From Perkinsela sp. CCAP 1560/9 (taxonomy: Eukaryota > Protista > Euglenozoa: Kinetoplastea): DNA of 64,000 nt. Positions within the stretch are counted from its first letter, which is position 1. Every line of letters starts with the position of its first letter. Position numbers and translations under genes: made by a program. The stretch spans positions 372,001 through 436,000 of the forward strand of contig CBFFSA010000007.1 of the NCBI GenBank assembly GCA_965644495.1, in the 5' to 3' direction. Below are positions 49,361 to 60,688 of this stretch, piece by piece. The notes under the pieces are model-generated. The model was not told the DNA's origin and searched no databases. It was given only the letters and a program-made list of their open reading frames with translations.

Positions 49361-51208
49361 ATGGTACAAGAAACTAGCCCTGAGTCACAGCAGTCGGTAG
49401 TGGGACAGCAAATTTTTTATTTGGTCCTCCTCTATTTCGCCATAAACTATGGATCTGGGTCTTCGAGTAAGTCTCAAAACGTAGCCCCACGAAGTACGCA
49501 AGGAAAGTCTCTTTGGTCTGTTGGAGAAAAGGCATCCATGTACATTTTTCTCTCTCCTTCTGAGCAGCTTCACCTGGTGAATGAAACAAAAACGAATAGC
49601 ACCAAGTTTTTACGTACGAGTTCGTCGGTTACGCTGTCAAATGCAACCTGGTCATTTCAAAACATCACATTCGACTTTTCAACAGGTAATGAGCTAAATT
49701 TGCATCTTGAGGATGTGGAAAATCATTTGGGCTTTCGGATGGATGAAAATATACTTGAATCGTACTTTTTGCATGTTTTGTACACCCGCAGGGGATACAT
49801 CCCAACAAGTTTTGAAACTTCTGATCGGTCTGTAGTGTATTTACGGCAGCCCCTCATTCACTACAAAGAGTCTGTTGCGAAGCCGACACACTCATTACTT
49901 GGGGAGGAGCTAGAAGGTGCTACATCGAAGCTTTCTGAGCTAAGATCCCGTAAATGGACAACAACGAAGGGAAATACAACTCTAGCCGCTCACTGGAAGC
50001 CTACAGTAGCATGCTGTCCGGTTGTTGATGATGCGGACCATACTGAAACAACCACAGATATGATAGTGCCCTTCATTACACAAACACCTGATAAGTCCTT
50101 CTACTATCCGATTCTTTATCCGAATGCTCTGTGGGACCGACAGAGTGAGTACACACGGCTAGACACCAGGGAAAAGGACAACCCTTTGTCCCTTTCGGTT
50201 TCAATTTATCCTATTAGCTTCACTCGCTTCACCCTCTTAGAGAACATGCTACATGGGCTGGAGGGACAAAAGTCATGGGGAATCACACAGCAAGAAGTTG
50301 ACGATATGAAAAGTATATTTACCGACACAAATCCCTATTTTCTTGCACTCACCATTGTGGTAAGCCTTCTCCACATGTTCTTTGAATATCTGGCCTTTAA
50401 GAACGACATCTCGTTCTGGAAAGACCGGGAAGATTTTACTGGACTCTCCGTACGTACGTTGTGTGTCAACGCGTACTTTCAGCTTATCATTACACTTTAC
50501 TTGTGGGATAATGACACCTCCTGGACTGTGCTACTTCCCAGTATTGTGGGTTTACTGATCGAGATATGGAAATTGCGAAAGCTTATTCGTGTACGGCCCA
50601 AACAACGCGGTTGGCTGCCCTTCCGTTTTGAACTCGTGGAGGAATACGGCAGTACGAAGACGAATACAATCGACGACCAGGCGACAAGAATATTGGGGTA
50701 CATTTTAGTCCCTGCTTTGCTGGCCTACGCCACGCACTGCGCATTGTATGAAAAATACACTGGGTGGTACTCTTTTGCGATTCAGACGCAGGTAAGCTTT
50801 ATTTACGCCGCGGGATTTGTGCTCATGACCCCGCAGCTTTTCATTAATTACAAATTAAAAAGTGTAGCCCACTTGCCATGGCGCACATTTGTATACAAAG
50901 CTCTGAACACGGTAGTGGACGATTTTTTTGCGTTTATCATCAAGATGCCGTGGCTCCACCGACTGGCATGCTTTCGGGATGATCTAGTGTTCTTAGTGCT
51001 CTTGTACCAAAAGTGGATTTACCCCGTGGACTACGCGAGAGCCAATGAATTTGGACAAGTTGGAGAAAAAATGGAAGAATTGAAAACAGATGAGGAGCAC
51101 ACCAAAACAAATCTCGGCAGAACTAGCATAGAATCGATTACAGAGGCACAAGAAAACGTACGCGAATCGGACGTAAAGTCGAGTAGTGATTCGGAAAATA
51201 GTGAATAA
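49361..51208 (+). CDS. CLPTM1: CLPTM1-family membrane protein
   Basis: DTNPYFLALT..LAFKNDISFWK, MTPQLFINYKLKSVAHLPWR and HRLACFRDD..YQKWIYPVD..RANEFG. Confidence 0.95.
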   Translation: MVQETSPESQQSVVGQQIFYLVLLYFAINYGSGSSSKSQNVAPRSTQGKSLWSVGEKASMYIFLSPSEQLHLVNETKTNSTKFLRTSSSVTLSNATWSFQNITFDFSTGNELNLHLEDVENHLGFRMDENILESYFLHVLYTRRGYIPTSFETSDRSVVYLRQPLIHYKESVAKPTHSLLGEELEGATSKLSELRSRKWTTTKGNTTLAAHWKPTVACCPVVDDADHTETTTDMIVPFITQTPDKSFYYPILYPNALWDRQSEYTRLDTREKDNPLSLSVSIYPISFTRFTLLENMLHGLEGQKSWGITQQEVDDMKSIFTDTNPYFLALTIVVSLLHMFFEYLAFKNDISFWKDREDFTGLSVRTLCVNAYFQLIITLYLWDNDTSWTVLLPSIVGLLIEIWKLRKLIRVRPKQRGWLPFRFELVEEYGSTKTNTIDDQATRILGYILVPALLAYATHCALYEKYTGWYSFAIQTQVSFIYAAGFVLMTPQLFINYKLKSVAHLPWRTFVYKALNTVVDDFFAFIIKMPWLHRLACFRDDLVFLVLLYQKWIYPVDYARANEFGQVGEKMEELKTDEEHTKTNLGRTSIESITEAQENVRESDVKSSSDSENSE

Positions 51209-51488
51209 GATGCCACTTGCCCTAATATGTACACTATGTATTGCAATATGAGTAGCAATGTTGAAAAACGGAATAGGAGTTTACTAAGTATAAAAAATTT
51301 GGGCGGCCTACTACTCATACGACAATGTTGAATTCGTGAAAACCTGAGAGTGAATTTGTGTAATTATTACCCAATTTAGTATTATTACTCATAGTGAATG
51401 TATGATATTTTAAAAATTAAGGTGACCGAAAACATTGAAACCCCAACTGACCTCTTTATGACACCTTTTTTCCTATTGTTTATAGAGG

Positions 51489-51989
51489 ATGTTGCGATAC
51501 TCTAGGGTGCAGCTTCGTCCGACAAAAGATACCCGTTCCTCTTGTATGCGTGTCCGCAGATTCACCTACATGAAAACGCCACGATATGAAAGTCAGCGTT
51601 TCGGCTCACGTGCCTGCCGGATTCGCCAACCAGCGCCCAGTATTAAAGGAAGCACTGGATTGCAACACTTACGTGATCCAGGGACGAAACAGCGTATTCT
51701 CGCGATCTATGATGCCCAGGAGTTCAGTCGTCGAGAGTGGAAAGCGAGGGATTTCGACGTCTACGAGATGCCTTTTGATTTATCTCCAGAGGAACTGCAG
51801 TGTGTGGTGCCGGAGCCTTATACGGAGTGCACTCAGCGCTCCATCAAGGACGGGATTGGGATCAAAGGGCGTGTATTTGAGCGAGAGCGAGTGGCTCCGT
51901 TTCTTTTTCCAGGACAACAAATCCCTCAGCCACCTTCTCCCAAGTTTACAACTCAATACACCGTAGAAAAACTATTTGGTCCAGCTTGA
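51489..51989 (+). CDS. Small basic protein with MLR- mitochondrial presequence (possibly mitoribosomal)
   Basis: MLRYSRVQL N-terminus, Arg/Lys-rich; preceded by a pyrimidine tract ending in AG. Confidence 0.6.
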   Translation: MLRYSRVQLRPTKDTRSSCMRVRRFTYMKTPRYESQRFGSRACRIRQPAPSIKGSTGLQHLRDPGTKQRILAIYDAQEFSRREWKARDFDVYEMPFDLSPEELQCVVPEPYTECTQRSIKDGIGIKGRVFERERVAPFLFPGQQIPQPPSPKFTTQYTVEKLFGPA

Positions 51990-52224
51990 GACTATTCTGA
52001 CGTGTTTGTTGTAAGATCGGATGTTGTTGTGTATAATGAGGTTCTGAGTATAGATAAATACATTTAAGATGTACATTCTAGATTCGTAATACCTGGATCA
52101 ATAGGCAATCGAAAAACCAACATCCTTATCATTATGATCCTTGACATTACATTTACCGTTTTTATATCCATTTCCAACATTTTTTTCAGTACGTCACCTT
52201 TCCTACTAAGGTGTTTTTATTTAG

Positions 52225-52818
52225 ATGATTCTATTATTTCAGTTCTTGCTGGCCGCAGTGCTTTGTACTGGTGTAAGCGCAAAGGAAAAGCGTTTTGATG
52301 CGGAGATTACGGACAAAGTTTTCCTTGACATACAGATTGGAGATCGACGTGTACGTCGTATCACCATCGGCCTCTTTGGAAAGGAGGTTCCAAAAACGGT
52401 AGAAAATTTCAAGCAGCTGTGTAATCATACTCAAGGCTATGGATATCGAAACTCCATTTTTCATCGCGTCATTAAAAAGTTTATGATTCAAGGAGGTGAT
52501 TTTACGCACAACGATGGTACTGGTGGATACTCTATATATGGAGAGAGCTTCAAGGATGAGAATTTCAACATAAGCCACTTTAAAGGTTGCCTGTCTATGG
52601 CGAATGCAGGAGCTAACACAAACGGGTCGCAGTTTATCATTGCCACGACGGAAACCTACTGGTTGAACGGGCAACACGTTGTATTTGGAAAGGTACTCGA
52701 AGGATTTGGGCTAGTGAAGGACATTGCTAGACTGAAAACTCTGCCTGGTGACCGACCCGAAGATGAAGACGCAAGGATCGTAGATTGTGGAATCCTGGAA
52801 GAAGGACTTCGTTCGTGA
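52225..52818 (+). CDS. Cyclophilin (CypB-like, signal peptide)
   Basis: [29 protein letters not shown] and HVVFGKV, with a hydrophobic leader. Confidence 0.96.
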   Translation: MILLFQFLLAAVLCTGVSAKEKRFDAEITDKVFLDIQIGDRRVRRITIGLFGKEVPKTVENFKQLCNHTQGYGYRNSIFHRVIKKFMIQGGDFTHNDGTGGYSIYGESFKDENFNISHFKGCLSMANAGANTNGSQFIIATTETYWLNGQHVVFGKVLEGFGLVKDIARLKTLPGDRPEDEDARIVDCGILEEGLRS

Positions 52819-53251
52819 GTTGTTGTCGAGTTCCCCTCATAATGAAAAGAATGATTTTCTCTGCGGATCTACCTCTCTATATTTTAACGGACCTGAATCT
52901 GGTGTGCAAGTTCCAAAAATTGTAAATTTATAGGTATTCATAGTACATTACACTTGAAATATATTTGAATAAATTTTGCTAGGTTTATACGGTAAAAACA
53001 AGGTGTCTTTGTTGCAACATTTGTCTTTGCAATTATGAATGAGTTGTTTACACCTTATACATGGGAGACCAAAAATCAACACTTGTCCTTACACTATCCC
53101 TCGCATTCATATTATCAACAGTACATACAGGTAAATCAGAGTACTTGTGCGTAGAACGTAGTGTAATTAAAGTGCAGTATGGGCACTTCTCTTGTTATCA
53201 TTATGCTCTGCGTAAATCTCATCGTCTAGTCTTATTTCTTTAACTTGGACG

Positions 53252-53830
53252 ATGCACAAATTTTATCTGTTATGTTTGTCTCTCATTTTGGGAGCTAGCC
53301 CTGCACGTACCGCCGAGAAGCGTACTGACGCTGAAGTAACGGACCGCGTATTTTTCAATGTTAAAGTAGGAGAAAAGGAACCAAAGAAAATTGTTATCGG
53401 TTTATTTGGAAAGGAGGTCCCGAAAACAACGGAGAATTTTAAGCAACTTGCGGCTGGAAGTCAAGGTTTCGGCTACAAAGGATCGGTCTTTCACCGCGTA
53501 ATCAAAGATTTTATGATTCAAGGGGGCGATTTTACCAATTTTGACGGCACAGGGGGGAAGTCCATCTACGGAGACAAATTCAAGGACGAGAATTTTAATA
53601 TCAGCCACTCACCCGGATGTTTGTCAATGGCCAACGCAGGCCCGAACACCAATGGATCCCAATTCTTCATTGCCACCGCAGAGACTTCCTGGTTAGATGG
53701 CCGACACGTCGTTTTCGGGAAAGTTGTCGAGGGTATGGATGTGGTTCGAGAAATTGAGGGCACGAAAACTGGACCTCGTGATAAGCCTAAACAGGAAATT
53801 CGAGTAGTTGAATCTGGAATAGTGGAGTAG
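53252..53830 (+). CDS. Cyclophilin (CypB-like, signal peptide), tandem paralog
   Basis: [31 protein letters not shown] and [12 protein letters not shown]. Confidence 0.97.
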   Translation: MHKFYLLCLSLILGASPARTAEKRTDAEVTDRVFFNVKVGEKEPKKIVIGLFGKEVPKTTENFKQLAAGSQGFGYKGSVFHRVIKDFMIQGGDFTNFDGTGGKSIYGDKFKDENFNISHSPGCLSMANAGPNTNGSQFFIATAETSWLDGRHVVFGKVVEGMDVVREIEGTKTGPRDKPKQEIRVVESGIVE

Positions 53831-54309
53831 AGACTGCTCGCCATGTGTTCTAAACAATGCAAGTGAGAAGCGTGTAGGTCGTAAAAGTGGCTTACCATGT
53901 ATTATTCCCACTATACTATACTACCATGTGGTATACACTATACCATTTACTATTAATACAACGTAACGTTTCTGTAATAAAAGTGTGAAATAGAGAAGCC
54001 ACACAAAAAGGACGCATGAAAACAATTTAATTGGGAGTGCTCATAGTTAAGAAGTTTCTAGATTCTCTAGGAAGTCTAGACCCAGATTTTTACAATTTTT
54101 GCTATCTTTAAAACACATTCGAACGATTTCTTGTTGTTTAACTTAGTGAACAGTCATTCCAAAGATATAGTCAGAAATCTAGTGAACACGTTTCGGGAAT
54201 ATTGCTTTACAGTCCAATTCGCTTACAGTCCAATTCGAGAAGAGTATTCTTTATGTTTGGAAAAAAAATTTATTTTCGAAACATTAATTTTCTTTTGTGA
54301 AGCGCGTAC

Positions 54310-55116
54310 ATGATGCGAGCACGCTTTAGTATATCTAAAACATGCCTGAAGTCCATCAGTCGGCCTCGCACCATGGTTCGAAGTTTACTACACGTTAGTC
54401 GTCGACATGGCACCACTGCACATGCTTTGCCGCTTGCTCCCCCGTGTCCTCCTGCAGGCTACGAAGTGTTCCACACCCCAGGACATGATACCTTCCGACT
54501 GAGATCTACAGGCCCTTTTGGGGAAGGTATTCATGTTTGTTGCACGTTGCCTACTGTAGACGCACGAAGAGTGCAGCCTTGCGACGTCGAAGCTCCAGTG
54601 AAATGGAGTGCTGCTGTGTCCAAACCCCTCAATCCGGGCATTGCGCTTACCTGCTCCACCCTGGCGGAGGGTTTGCTGTGTATTGACAGTTTGTTTTTCG
54701 ACAACACTGAGGAGGAGAGAGAAGGTCCCGGTTGGGGTTACAACCCTATGCCCATAAATGACTCCACTCGTGCGTTTCACCGATCGACCTATCAAGGTCC
54801 GATGTTGCACAACGGTCGTCTTGCCGCTCTCGCTACTGGGGTACCTGTCACGGATACAACGTACCCGCAGCGGCAAGCCCTGCGGAATGCGCAGAACCCT
54901 TATCAAGGAACTCACACCCCCTTCACTCGATACGACCACATGCCCGTACACACGCTCGACCCGGACATATTTCAACTTGTTGCGGACTACTTAGCAGAGC
55001 TTGGCATTGGGGATCAATTGGCGGAGTTTGTTGCGAATTATGCAAGCTACGTCAAAATCAGTGAAGCGCAAACGTGGAGTGATAATTTGAGGGCTATTCT
55101 GGACGCGGATGAGTAG
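54310..55116 (+). CDS. Mitochondrial acidic glycoprotein family protein (MAM33/p22/gC1qR)
   Basis: YQGP..LDPDIFQLVADYLAELGIGDQLAEFV..Y..E..W C-terminal signature, plus a presequence. Confidence 0.8.
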   Translation: MMRARFSISKTCLKSISRPRTMVRSLLHVSRRHGTTAHALPLAPPCPPAGYEVFHTPGHDTFRLRSTGPFGEGIHVCCTLPTVDARRVQPCDVEAPVKWSAAVSKPLNPGIALTCSTLAEGLLCIDSLFFDNTEEEREGPGWGYNPMPINDSTRAFHRSTYQGPMLHNGRLAALATGVPVTDTTYPQRQALRNAQNPYQGTHTPFTRYDHMPVHTLDPDIFQLVADYLAELGIGDQLAEFVANYASYVKISEAQTWSDNLRAILDADE

Positions 55117-55261
55117 ATCGCCTTCCCTTGGAGGTGACCACCGTTTTGGAAAGTATTTTGGCATCTAATCATTTGATACAAATTTCAAGAACTTGATCAA
55201 ATGAACATTTTTTTGTGAGAAATTTAGCTAACTTTTCACCAATATTTCCGATACATCTCTC

Positions 55262-56893
55262 ATGAATCCCAACGCGCTCAGTTTTCAACCTTCCTGGTGT
55301 CCAAAAAATGACACGAGTCCACAAGCGGACTCTACCCACCGTGAACGAAGCACTACCCCCCGTGTACGTAACGAAGAAGAAACCTCCCCTGCCGCTTCCT
55401 TTTGCCACACGGCCCCAATTATAGATTCAAATGCGACACCCGAGGAAGCGGCGCTTCACAATATTTCCCTTACCCGGGAAGTGTCTGGGAGTTCGTTGCC
55501 GGATTCCCCGACGAGTCCAGTCAGCAGTGCAAAGGCTAAAACCGTAAAACAGTACAAAAGAGACCCGAGGCCACATATCAATCTTGTGTTCTGCGGACAT
55601 GTGGATGCGGGGAAGAGTACGTGTAGCGGACACATGCTATTTCTCACGGGAAATGTCGACGCGCGCTCGATGGAGAAGAACCGCCGAGATGCCGTGCAGA
55701 AGCATCGGGATGGGTGGGAATTCGCCTACGTCATGGATGTCACGGAGGATGAGAGGGAGCGGGGCAAGACGCACGAGACCGGCTCGGCGTACTTTGAAAC
55801 CCCCGCCAAGCGGTACACGATTCTAGATGCCCCCGGGCATAAATGTTTTGTGAGTTCAATGATTGGGGGCGCTAGTCAAGCGGATCTTGCGATCCTGGTT
55901 ATCTCAAGTCGCCGCGGGGAATTTGAAACTGGGTTTGAGGGAAACGGACAGACACGTGAGCACGCACTTCTACTCAAGACATGTGGAGTCAAGTCCCTTG
56001 TGGTGGCGATTAACAAGTTAGATGACCCCAGCGTGAATTGGAGCTCGGAGCGCTATCATGAAATTCAATCCAAGCTTGTCCCTTTTTTGAAAACCGTGGG
56101 ATATAATGTTGGGAAGAATTGCGTCTTTATGCCAATTAGTGGGTTAAAGGGGTGGGGTTTAAAAGAACGAATTAATCCCGAACTCGTTTCTAGCTACTAC
56201 AATGGACCCTCCTTGTTGGAGTATCTAGACAATTTACCCGTTGTTTCTCGCGATGTCGAGGCAGGGGTGCGATTTCCTATTCAAGGGCGATACCGAGACG
56301 AGGGAAAGGTGGTAGTATACGGTAAACTTGAGTCTGGGAAAATTGTGAAGGGCGACACCTTGCTTCTGTTGCCCCTGAAAAGAGAGGTGGTGATTGAAGG
56401 CCTCACGGCGGGTGAATGCGATCTTGAGTTGGCTCTCTCCGGAGATTTTCTCCACATAAAGCTCCGGGGTGTTGAAGAAGACGAATTAAGAGCAGGTCAC
56501 GTCCTATGTGAAGTCTCTCGACCTCTTCGTGCCGTCTGGTATTTTCAAGCGCAGATCGTGCTGTCTGATAAATCGCTAATGTCGAATGGGTTTGAGTGTA
56601 TGATGCACGTTCACAGCATTGAATGCGAAGTTGTAGTAGACAAAATCTTAGCAAAAGTTGATAAGAAATCTTCGAAAGTTCTGGAGAAGCATCCTGGCTT
56701 CGTGCGGAATGGTGAGAGCATCATAGCACGCATGGAACTTGTGGCCGCCCCCATCGTTGTCGAGACCTACAAAGATTTCGAGAAAATGGGCCGTTTCAAT
56801 TTGCGTGAGGAAGGACGGACGATCGCTTTCGGGGTCATTACAAAGCTGTACGAAACTCAAAAATCTATTACCGGTGTCGATGTTGCGAAATAA
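55262..56893 (+). CDS. eRF3: Eukaryotic release factor 3 (GTPase)
   Basis: MNPNAxSF N-terminus, GHVDAGKST, DAPGH..MIGGASQAD, GEFETGF..GQTREH, NKLD and GRFNLR. Confidence 0.93.
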   Translation: MNPNALSFQPSWCPKNDTSPQADSTHRERSTTPRVRNEEETSPAASFCHTAPIIDSNATPEEAALHNISLTREVSGSSLPDSPTSPVSSAKAKTVKQYKRDPRPHINLVFCGHVDAGKSTCSGHMLFLTGNVDARSMEKNRRDAVQKHRDGWEFAYVMDVTEDERERGKTHETGSAYFETPAKRYTILDAPGHKCFVSSMIGGASQADLAILVISSRRGEFETGFEGNGQTREHALLLKTCGVKSLVVAINKLDDPSVNWSSERYHEIQSKLVPFLKTVGYNVGKNCVFMPISGLKGWGLKERINPELVSSYYNGPSLLEYLDNLPVVSRDVEAGVRFPIQGRYRDEGKVVVYGKLESGKIVKGDTLLLLPLKREVVIEGLTAGECDLELALSGDFLHIKLRGVEEDELRAGHVLCEVSRPLRAVWYFQAQIVLSDKSLMSNGFECMMHVHSIECEVVVDKILAKVDKKSSKVLEKHPGFVRNGESIIARMELVAAPIVVETYKDFEKMGRFNLREEGRTIAFGVITKLYETQKSITGVDVAK

Positions 56894-57084
56894 TTTACGT
56901 TCTGATAAATTTACTTGCTCGTGTGTGTGATTGGATTGATATGAGTCTCCTATGTACGAGACCATCGCACTTGGAAATACAACTTTGCATGTTTCTGCAC
57001 TGTGTTCGATATTTGCATTATCATATTTCTTTTGGGATTTGAAAAACATATAAACACTCTTTTGTTGAACTCCTGTAGGAGTTG

Positions 57085-58266
57085 ATGTTCGTAGCATATT
57101 ACCTTACTCTGTTTGAATACAAAAGGTACGCTTCTATATTCACAAAAAGTAGCACAATATTTGAAATACCCATCGAAGGAATGTGGTCTAATGCGCCAGG
57201 AAAAAATGCAACAAATGATATTCTTGAGCCATTGACTTGTCAAGTACTCAAACAGCAAGACGATCATACCTCGCGAAGTATCATCAAATTACTTGAAGAT
57301 GATCCAAATTTCCTGGAGCTTAGTCTTCAGGAAGGTAAAAACATCGTTGAGCGAGACAACTTAGACAATGACAAACTTGCAAGAGGTGTGGAACATGCCG
57401 TCAAAGCGAACGTGCTTGTGCCGATAACAAACGTAGAGCCAGTCACCGAAATACGTGTCTACGGAAAGAACTCCTCCCAAATTGTGGAAGAAATTTTACA
57501 AGGTCTTTCCCATATTAGTCACAACTTGCGTCTGGATCAGTCCAATGAAAAGGGTCGTATTATTCTTTTTCAAGGTCTCAGCGGGACAGGAAAAGGAACT
57601 ACCGTGCGGCGTTTAGCCAGGCGTCTTTCCCGTGCTGTGACGTGGAGTAACGGAAATGTGTTTCGTGCGCTCACTTATTGTGTCTTGGATGAGCTACCCC
57701 AGGAAGAGCTGAACCAGGCTGCGAAGGACTCGAGATTGGTTGTGAACCCGAGCATTCTGACCCACGACCTGGTACAGAGATGCATGAATCGGATTAGCCT
57801 TCTTCTGGAAGAGTCTGAAGACGTCTCCCCGAGATGTGATATTGTAATCTGTCCTCGAGAGGGATCAAAAGATGCGCCGCTTTATGTCAGTCAAATTGCG
57901 CATACAATACTACAGCGCCCCAGTATTGCACAAAACGTACCACTCGTGGCGGAACGCAGTCAGGGTGAAGTGGTGCAGTTCACTTCACAGTCAATGGAGA
58001 AGTTGTCGGAACTTAGGTGTCACGTTCTGGCAGAAGGACGCGCACAAACGCTGGACTACATCCGCACCCCATATCGTTTCGAGCTTGTCATGTTAGGCGA
58101 GGCAGACTCGACACCATCCATGGAGTGCCTGTTGGGACAGCGCCGCGCCGCGCAGCGTGTCATGGCGGCCACGTTTAAGTATTTAGAAGAGAATGGTCTG
58201 ACAGAATGCTCACCGGAAGATGTTATTAAGAATCTTCACAAAGTGCTAAGCACTATGCTGTCCTAG
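57085..58266 (+). CDS. P-loop NMP kinase, cytidylate kinase-like
   Basis: GLSGTGKGT, WSNGNVFRALT (compare Cmk DTGAMYRA) and VLAEGR. The start may be further downstream at 57181. Confidence 0.7.
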   Translation: MFVAYYLTLFEYKRYASIFTKSSTIFEIPIEGMWSNAPGKNATNDILEPLTCQVLKQQDDHTSRSIIKLLEDDPNFLELSLQEGKNIVERDNLDNDKLARGVEHAVKANVLVPITNVEPVTEIRVYGKNSSQIVEEILQGLSHISHNLRLDQSNEKGRIILFQGLSGTGKGTTVRRLARRLSRAVTWSNGNVFRALTYCVLDELPQEELNQAAKDSRLVVNPSILTHDLVQRCMNRISLLLEESEDVSPRCDIVICPREGSKDAPLYVSQIAHTILQRPSIAQNVPLVAERSQGEVVQFTSQSMEKLSELRCHVLAEGRAQTLDYIRTPYRFELVMLGEADSTPSMECLLGQRRAAQRVMAATFKYLEENGLTECSPEDVIKNLHKVLSTMLS

Positions 58267-58767
58267 TAAAAGAGATCCAATAGCGTGTGAATAAGTAGAG
58301 TGTATTTAATGTTCCTTGAAGTACCTATTATTTGTTTAATTGGGGACATAGAAGCGCTACCCGTTGAATGAAATGTGTCAGCGTAAAGTTTTTATCTTTA
58401 TACGAGTATGTAACCTGACTACATTTTTAGTCAAGAGGATAACCTCTTTTTTTTGTTTCGCAGAAGTTTTTAGCCATATACATAATGTATTAATAGCCGA
58501 ATGAATAAAGAACCGTATTGATACGTTGAAAATTTAACTTAATTAGCTCATTCAACGTACAGTATATCTCTTGGAATTTTACAGACTGTTGGATGCTAAT
58601 TCTCTGGAGAGGACAGTTTTTGTAGCGGTGAAATTGCTAAATACTCTTCTTTACTTTCAGGTTACAATGGTTTATTTCCATGCTCATGTTAAACGTTTAC
58701 TAGAGCAAAATTCTTGAGCGAAAAAAAATTACTCAATTTTTTGGTGCGTGAAGTTAATTGGTAAGAA

Positions 58768-59445
58768 ATGGTCGAAGTGGAAATGCAGTCGAACGGGTGG
58801 GAACATGACCTCGATATTGATCTTGACATGTCTTCTGGCATTAATCAAAGCAACTTAGAAGAGCAATTTGTCGCGCCTACGTTTGACAATGCCGAAATTA
58901 AAGTTTCGCATTTATTGAAACCTATGAATTCAAAGCACAATAACACAAATTCAGTAAGAGGAGGAAATCCAAAGTTAAGCCTCTCTGACTCTTTTAAGTC
59001 TACATGCCCGTATAAGTCACCTACTAAACGAATAAAAAATGTACGTTACGGTACTTCAGAGCAAAATTCTGACAAGGAGCGTACCGAGGAATTTGCATTG
59101 GGCCACGCATTAATTAAGTTAAAGGAAACGTCCGCACGTATGAAAGATCGCATTCAGCTTGATACTGCCGCACTAACAGAGTCTGAAAGTTTGTTGCGTA
59201 AAAATTTGTTAAATACCGCCCAGCAAGCCGATCAGTTAGGAAAACGATCAGGATATTCAGTTGGTGCGGATATTTCATCCCATCAACCAAGTAACTGGTT
59301 GGCCAAACGATTTTCTTCAATTATTTCTCCCTTACAAATTTACACGAACATTATATCATACGTCTGGAATTGTGTAGCGTCTGCTGCACTAATTCTCTTA
59401 GCATGCTCCACTTTGTGGATCATTTTTTACATACCTAAGTCTTAG
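58768..59445 (+). CDS. USE1-like tail-anchored SNARE
   Basis: LKETSARMKDRIQLDTAAL..LRKN coiled coil and a C-terminal TM. Confidence 0.6.
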   Translation: MVEVEMQSNGWEHDLDIDLDMSSGINQSNLEEQFVAPTFDNAEIKVSHLLKPMNSKHNNTNSVRGGNPKLSLSDSFKSTCPYKSPTKRIKNVRYGTSEQNSDKERTEEFALGHALIKLKETSARMKDRIQLDTAALTESESLLRKNLLNTAQQADQLGKRSGYSVGADISSHQPSNWLAKRFSSIISPLQIYTNIISYVWNCVASAALILLACSTLWIIFYIPKS

Positions 59446-59769
59446 CTTACGGTTCAGTAGATTCTACGGGATCGCCTACCCCCTATTTCCTCTTCCTTTG
59501 GCTCGCCACCCCCGTACGTGTGACGTCCAGTACGGACCCCAGTAATTTTTGGCTGATCTGTCGATATGATTTCACGTTCCACTACCAAAGACGAAAGTTC
59601 AGTATTTTCTTTGCGAATGACTAAAATACAGCGAATAGAGGTTTCCGCAAACACCATTCCGGAGACATGCGACACTTAGTCTTGGTGCACAAACCCCACA
59701 GAACTAAACAGTCGCTCACAACTTGTCTCAAGTTCAACTATTAACTTTTCCTTGCCGTATAATTAGTTA

Positions 59770-60688
59770 TAAACCCCCCACAGCGAATAAGTTACCCCCC
59801 TCTTTTTTTGTACAACGAGGCTTAGGGGGGTTGCGGCACCACTTTTTCGTTCAAAATTTTGAGATCTGCACGTTCCCGCTGTTTTTAGACCTCTTTAGAG
59901 ATAAAAAATCAAAACTCATTTTTTTAATGACGTTTTTACATAGTCATGCCAATATTACCCGAAAAATCTCGTGTTCCTCGACCAGGGGGGGAGAAGGGGG
60001 TCAACATGAAAATGGTGTCACAGATCTTCGCTAGGGGAACGAGATCTCTCGATTGCAACAAAAATGATGAAAAACAGATAACAAACATTCAATTTGTCAC
60101 GTGGTGGAATATTTGTCTTTGATTGGTTCTTTCTTGAAACGGTGATAAATCAAGTTTTTTAAGCTGTCCCCTTTACTTTTTGCTTGAAGGGGCCTAAGGA
60201 CGTTGAGATATCATTTTCTCGTTCAAAATTCTGATATCTACACGTTCCCACCATTTTTAGATCATTTTAGAAACTGAAAAAGAAAATTATTTTTAGGTTC
60301 TATTTTTTTGCATCGTCATACCACACTAATTTAAGAAAACAAACACTCCGCGGCCATGGGGCACAATATTAAAAAATGGCGGCAAAGATCTTTGCTAGGA
60401 GAACGAGGTCTCTCGTTTGCAACAAAAATCAGCAAAAACGGACAAAAATAATTGAATTTCTCATGGGAGGAGAAGATTTATTTTGTTAAAGTGTGAGAAA
60501 TTGGTCTCTTGAAAAATGTGAAGAAAGTGATAATACATCCATCGGATGCACGCATTTGAGAGTCTTGGTTCCATGTTATAACGCGCAAAGTCTTTGTGTT
60601 GGGAACAGCAAAATGCAACAGAAATGAGCTCAAACGGACGATTGGCTGAAAAGTTAGAGGGGGGTGACTTTTCGCTGTGGGGGGTTTA
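59770..60688. mobile_element. MITE with about 33-bp TIRs (TA|AACCCCCCACAGCGAA...) and duplicated internal block
   Basis: taaaccccccacagcgaataagttacccccctct versus agaggggggtgacttttcgctgtggggggttta. Diverged direct repeats of about 220 bp lie at about 59848-60066 and 60219-60429. Confidence 0.88.

Noticed and set aside
54206-54237. 16-bp tandem duplication (ttacagtccaattcg)
   Set aside because: Simple local duplication with no further structure.
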